From an uncultured Collinsella sp. (GTDB lineage Bacteria > Actinomycetota > Coriobacteriia > Coriobacteriales > Coriobacteriaceae), in NCBI GenBank assembly GCA_902388345.1, contig CABMOY010000001.1, positions 9,357-73,356 of the forward strand: a stretch of DNA of 64,000 nucleotides. The letters run 5' to 3'. Positions 61,442-64,000 of the stretch are shown piece by piece (the first letter of the stretch is position 1; the number at the start of each line of letters is the position of its first letter). The notes under the pieces were generated by a model. That model saw nothing but the letters and a program-made list of their open reading frames with translations, had not been told where the DNA came from and ran no database searches. A program made the position numbers and the translations under genes.

Positions 61442-62575
61442 CTAGCTCGTTTTGCCCATCAACGTGATACGGATGCTTGGATGGGTGTACTCGTCAAATT
61501 CATCCTCGGGATCCGTGTCAAACGAATAGTACGTTTTGATGGGGTTGCCACTCGTCCTGATGGAGATTCTCTCGTAGAGCGAACCGTTCAAAAAAGCCTG
61601 CCTAAACTCTTCGGGGAGCTTTTGCGGTGCTAGGAGCTCGGGACTCACGGTCTTGACGTCTACGGTTTGGACGACAGAGGAAAGTTCGTCCAAGTCGAGC
61701 TCGATGCGGGCGAGGTTGTCCTCAAGGCTCGCGTCGGGGTCGATCTCTGCTATGTAACTCACTTCCTTGAGCGTTCCCTTGTTGTCGAAATCCAGGTACG
61801 TATAGGTCTTCTGGGTATCGGAGTCGCCGTCGTGAAGGTAGCCGCGGACGTGATAGCCGTAATCTTGATATCGCTCGTAAGGGTCATCGGCGGATACGTA
61901 CTCGCATGCGGGCTCTAGCGTCTTGCGGGCGATGGCGATCTGCTCGGCCGCGGCCGCGGCGTTCTGTTGCATCTCGATGTTTCCCTGCGCCAGCTGCGGG
62001 ATATAGGCACCGCACACGATTGCGAGGGGCAGTGCCACAAGCGCGACGATCCACTTTTTTGCACGGGGGATAGGCACGCCACAGGCCTCTGCCATGGCCT
62101 TTGCGTTGGCAAAGCTTTCGGCAAGCACGTCTGCCGCGGTGGCGACGGCGCCTACGGCAGCGGCGACTTCTGCCGCACCGCCCAGGTTGCGTGCGGTCTC
62201 ATTGTCGCTGTTCTTGAGCAGACGCGCGGCGGCCTGCGTGCCAACAACGCCTGCAATTTGTGCCGAGCGGTCTTTTTCGCTCTGCTCGACGGCGAGCCGG
62301 TGCTGCATTTCCCTCCACTGCTTGCCGCGCATGCCAAAGCGCGGCGCGAGCGCGCAATAGCAGAAGATGATGAGCTCGACGGCGGTGAGCGCCAAGGCGG
62401 TCATCATGCCCGTCTCCTGGAAGCTTTCATGATGGAAGACGATATCGTCAGTCATTTCGAAGGGAATGATCAAAAAAGGCAGCACAAACGCCATGGCAAG
62501 CGCCGCGCCGGCAACCTTGGGACAGATGCAGTATCGCTGGATGCGCTTGCGTTCTTGTTCGGAAAGTGTAGCCAT
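61442..62575 (-). CDS. Hypothetical membrane protein
   Basis: Start at MATLSEQERK. Two hydrophobic regions. Acidic C-terminal half. No recognised domain. Confidence 0.5.
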   Translation of the reverse strand: MATLSEQERKRIQRYCICPKVAGAALAMAFVLPFLIIPFEMTDDIVFHHESFQETGMMTALALTAVELIIFCYCALAPRFGMRGKQWREMQHRLAVEQSEKDRSAQIAGVVGTQAAARLLKNSDNETARNLGGAAEVAAAVGAVATAADVLAESFANAKAMAEACGVPIPRAKKWIVALVALPLAIVCGAYIPQLAQGNIEMQQNAAAAAEQIAIARKTLEPACEYVSADDPYERYQDYGYHVRGYLHDGDSDTQKTYTYLDFDNKGTLKEVSYIAEIDPDASLEDNLARIELDLDELSSVVQTVDVKTVSPELLAPQKLPEEFRQAFLNGSLYERISIRTSGNPIKTYYSFDTDPEDEFDEYTHPSIRITLMGKTS

Positions 62576-62638
62576 AGCTGCTCCTTGGTGTCGTGGCGGT
62601 CGTTGCGGCGCATGGGGTGCGGGGCGCATCAGTTTGAG

Positions 62639-63184
62639 CTAGCGCTGGATAAGAACATAGAGCAAGATGCTCATCGCGATGAGCAAGAAGCCCGCGATGT
62701 TAAACATCAGTGTGGCAAAGTTGCCCACGATGGGGCGTTCGACATAGCTTTTGTCTGGGTTGCTGGGGTTGTAGTACACGGTCATTTGGCTACCGAGGGG
62801 CCAAAGCTGCTCCGCGAGGGTGCCTAGGCGGGCGATGGGGCCTGTCTGCACGTGCAGCCAGCCCTTGGCGTCTTCGTAGGCGGTGGCTTGCGTGCGGATG
62901 GGGAGTCCCGACAAGCTTTTGGTCTTTATGCCACGGAATTGTTTTTTCGCGCGGTATTGCGTGCCGTCGACGGTGTATTCCAAAACGGGATTCATTCTGC
63001 CTTCACCCATAAAGCGATGGTCGATGACCGTCCCCATGGTCACGGCGGTACAGGCCTTGGCTTTCTTGCGGGCGGCGGCCTTCATGAGCATGCTCGCTCC
63101 GATAAACAGGATGCCGATGCCTCCAACCGAGATGAGCGCGAGCAGAGATATCTGCGAGGTGGTCACGGCGTTCTCCTTTGGCAC
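62639..63184 (-). CDS. DUF3592-like membrane protein
   Basis: N-terminal TM. Central beta-rich DUF3592-like block (VLEYTVDGTQYRAKKQF). C-terminal TM. Confidence 0.55.
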   Translation of the reverse strand: MPKENAVTTSQISLLALISVGGIGILFIGASMLMKAAARKKAKACTAVTMGTVIDHRFMGEGRMNPVLEYTVDGTQYRAKKQFRGIKTKSLSGLPIRTQATAYEDAKGWLHVQTGPIARLGTLAEQLWPLGSQMTVYYNPSNPDKSYVERPIVGNFATLMFNIAGFLLIAMSILLYVLIQR

Positions 63185-63246
63185 GATACCGTCATATGTG
63201 ACCCAGTATAGAGAATCCCGCCATCGATGAGCTATTGCGGGGGGGG

Positions 63247-63279
63247 GTCAATTCTGAATGTGACAAATGGACTGTTCCT
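63247..63279. repeat. Palindromic repeat copy 3 (AATGTGACAAATGGACTGTTCCTTTGTCACATC)
   Basis: Direct reading. Arms conserved, centre diverged. Confidence 0.75.
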
Positions 63280-63303
63280 TTGTCACATCGGGGACTGCGG
63301 AAT

Positions 63304-63487
63304 CGAGGTCTAATACTTTTCCCGAGAAGTGAACGAGTGAAAACGGACTCCCGAAGCATCGACACTTTTGGCGTGCAATTTCCTGCGGTTTTGCCAGTCA
63401 AATCCTGCGGTTTTGACGCCTAAAAATGTCAATGCTTCGGGGGTCCAAATACAGCCGTTCACTTCTCGGGAAAAGTATTAGACCTCG
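63304..63487. repeat. 184-bp nested inverted-repeat element (perfect 32-bp terminal inverted repeats). MITE-like or a structured RNA
   Basis: Left arm CGAGGTCTAATACTTTTCCCGAGAAGTGAACG at 63304-63335 equals the reverse complement of 63456-63487. Inner imperfect inverted repeat at 63346-63363 and 63428-63445. Tandem TCCTGCGGTTTTG at 63381 and 63403. Confidence 0.75.
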
Positions 63488-63542
63488 AAATATGGGCGGC
63501 GTTCGCGAACGGCAACTAGCTTGCGTCCGGTAGCCGGCACTT

Positions 63543-63569
63543 GGGGCAAAGGGACTGCCCTTTTGCCCC
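63543..63569. repeat. Variant palindrome GGGGCAAAGGGACTGCCCTTTTGCCCC, related to the repeat family
   Basis: Shares the CAAAGGGAC.GTCCCTTTTG core. Confidence 0.6.
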
Positions 63570-63653
63570 TTCACCATTGCATCGTATCTGGTGTGGAAAA
63601 AATATCGCCTGCGTTCTCGCGCCTGCGAAGAGTTCCTGAACCGCTTGAATGGG

Positions 63654-63685
63654 ATGTGACAAAGGGACAGTCCCTTTGTCACATT
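63654..63685. repeat. Palindromic repeat copy 4 (ATGTGACAAAGGGACAGTCCCTTTGTCACATT), about 20 bp upstream of dus
   Basis: Identical core to copy 2. Confidence 0.8.
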
Positions 63686-63705
63686 GATTTGAGAATGGAT
63701 GTTGA

Positions 63706-64000
63706 TGTATTTATCGCTGGCTCCTATGGAGGGGATTACCGGGCATGTGTTCCGTCGCGTGCATGCGGAGTGCTTCGGCGCGCTCGATTGTTATTACACG
63801 CCGTTTTTGCCGCCGCCGCGGGTGGGCAATCGCTTTGGCGGCAAGGCGTTTAAAGAGGTCGATCCTGCCAACAACCAGGGACTTAACGTGGTGCCCCAGC
63901 TGATGTCCAAGAATGCGGACGAGTTTGTGTGGGCGGCGCAGGTGCTTGCCGATATGGGTTACCGCGAGGTCAACCTCAACCTTGGCTGCCCTTCGGGTAC
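63706..64000 (+). CDS. tRNA-dihydrouridine synthase (Dus family), 5' part only, running off the window
   Basis: LAPMEGITGHVFRRV...YYTPF...VVPQLMSKN...VNLNLGCPSG. FMN-binding TIM-barrel N-terminal motifs of Dus. Confidence 0.75.

Noticed and set aside
63381-63415. Direct repeats TCCTGCGGTTTTG x2, considered as a possible CRISPR array
   Set aside because: Only two short 13-nt copies with a 9-nt spacer, embedded inside the larger inverted-repeat element, and no cas genes. Not a CRISPR.

Overview
This is high-GC actinobacterial-type chromosomal DNA. Gene content resembles a Coriobacteriia-like gut anaerobe, but that placement is an inference. No rRNA, tRNA or CRISPR was recognised. Coordinates I derived from the printed text, rather than from the ORF track, may be off by 2-3 nt.

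The housekeeping and metabolic backbone runs as follows:
- An Fe-ADH, two glycerol dehydrogenase paralogs and a poly-ferredoxin.
- A GntR regulator and a Zn-ADH.
- An alpha-glucoside PTS EIICB with a GH4 6-phospho-alpha-glucosidase.
- ychF, ansA and guaA.
- A mannose-family PTS operon (IIB, IIC, IID, IIA, a GH172 hydrolase and a ROK kinase) under a LevR-like regulator.
- A second type II topoisomerase pair (parE/parC-like).
- A 1441-aa LAXTG-anchored surface protein.
- A LuxR regulator, a stand-alone GMP-synthase ATP-pyrophosphatase paralog, and an OmpR-type two-component system.
- A thiol/sulfur redox cluster: a CD1871A-like CxxC peptide, an FeS membrane protein, a TlpA-like lipoprotein, a rhodanese fragment and a CoA-disulfide reductase with a rhodanese domain.
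- A MacB/FtsX-like ABC transporter, and a partial dus gene at the 3' end.

The backbone is interrupted at about 24.4-39.3 kb by an accessory region that is partly of lower GC:
- Three SAM methyltransferases, one of them frameshifted.
- A ToxN/AbiQ-like type III toxin candidate downstream of a 520-bp structured non-coding region.
- A GyrI-like pseudogene and a GNAT acetyltransferase.
- Two overlapping radical-SAM genes: a phage Gp37/Gp68-like one and an SPL-like one.
- A duplicated ~0.9-kb TetR-plus-sirtuin-5'-end module that brackets three tandem, divergent sirtuin-like genes.
- A GmrSD-like type IV restriction enzyme with a small acidic partner, a flavodoxin-like reductase and a DUF4143 AAA ATPase.

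The sequence-level oddities most worth follow-up:
- The TetR/sirtuin/radical-SAM module.
- A LevR-like activator without a GAFTGA loop, in a lineage expected to lack sigma-54.
- A 33-nt palindromic repeat family with five copies.
- A 184-bp nested inverted-repeat element with perfect 32-bp arms.
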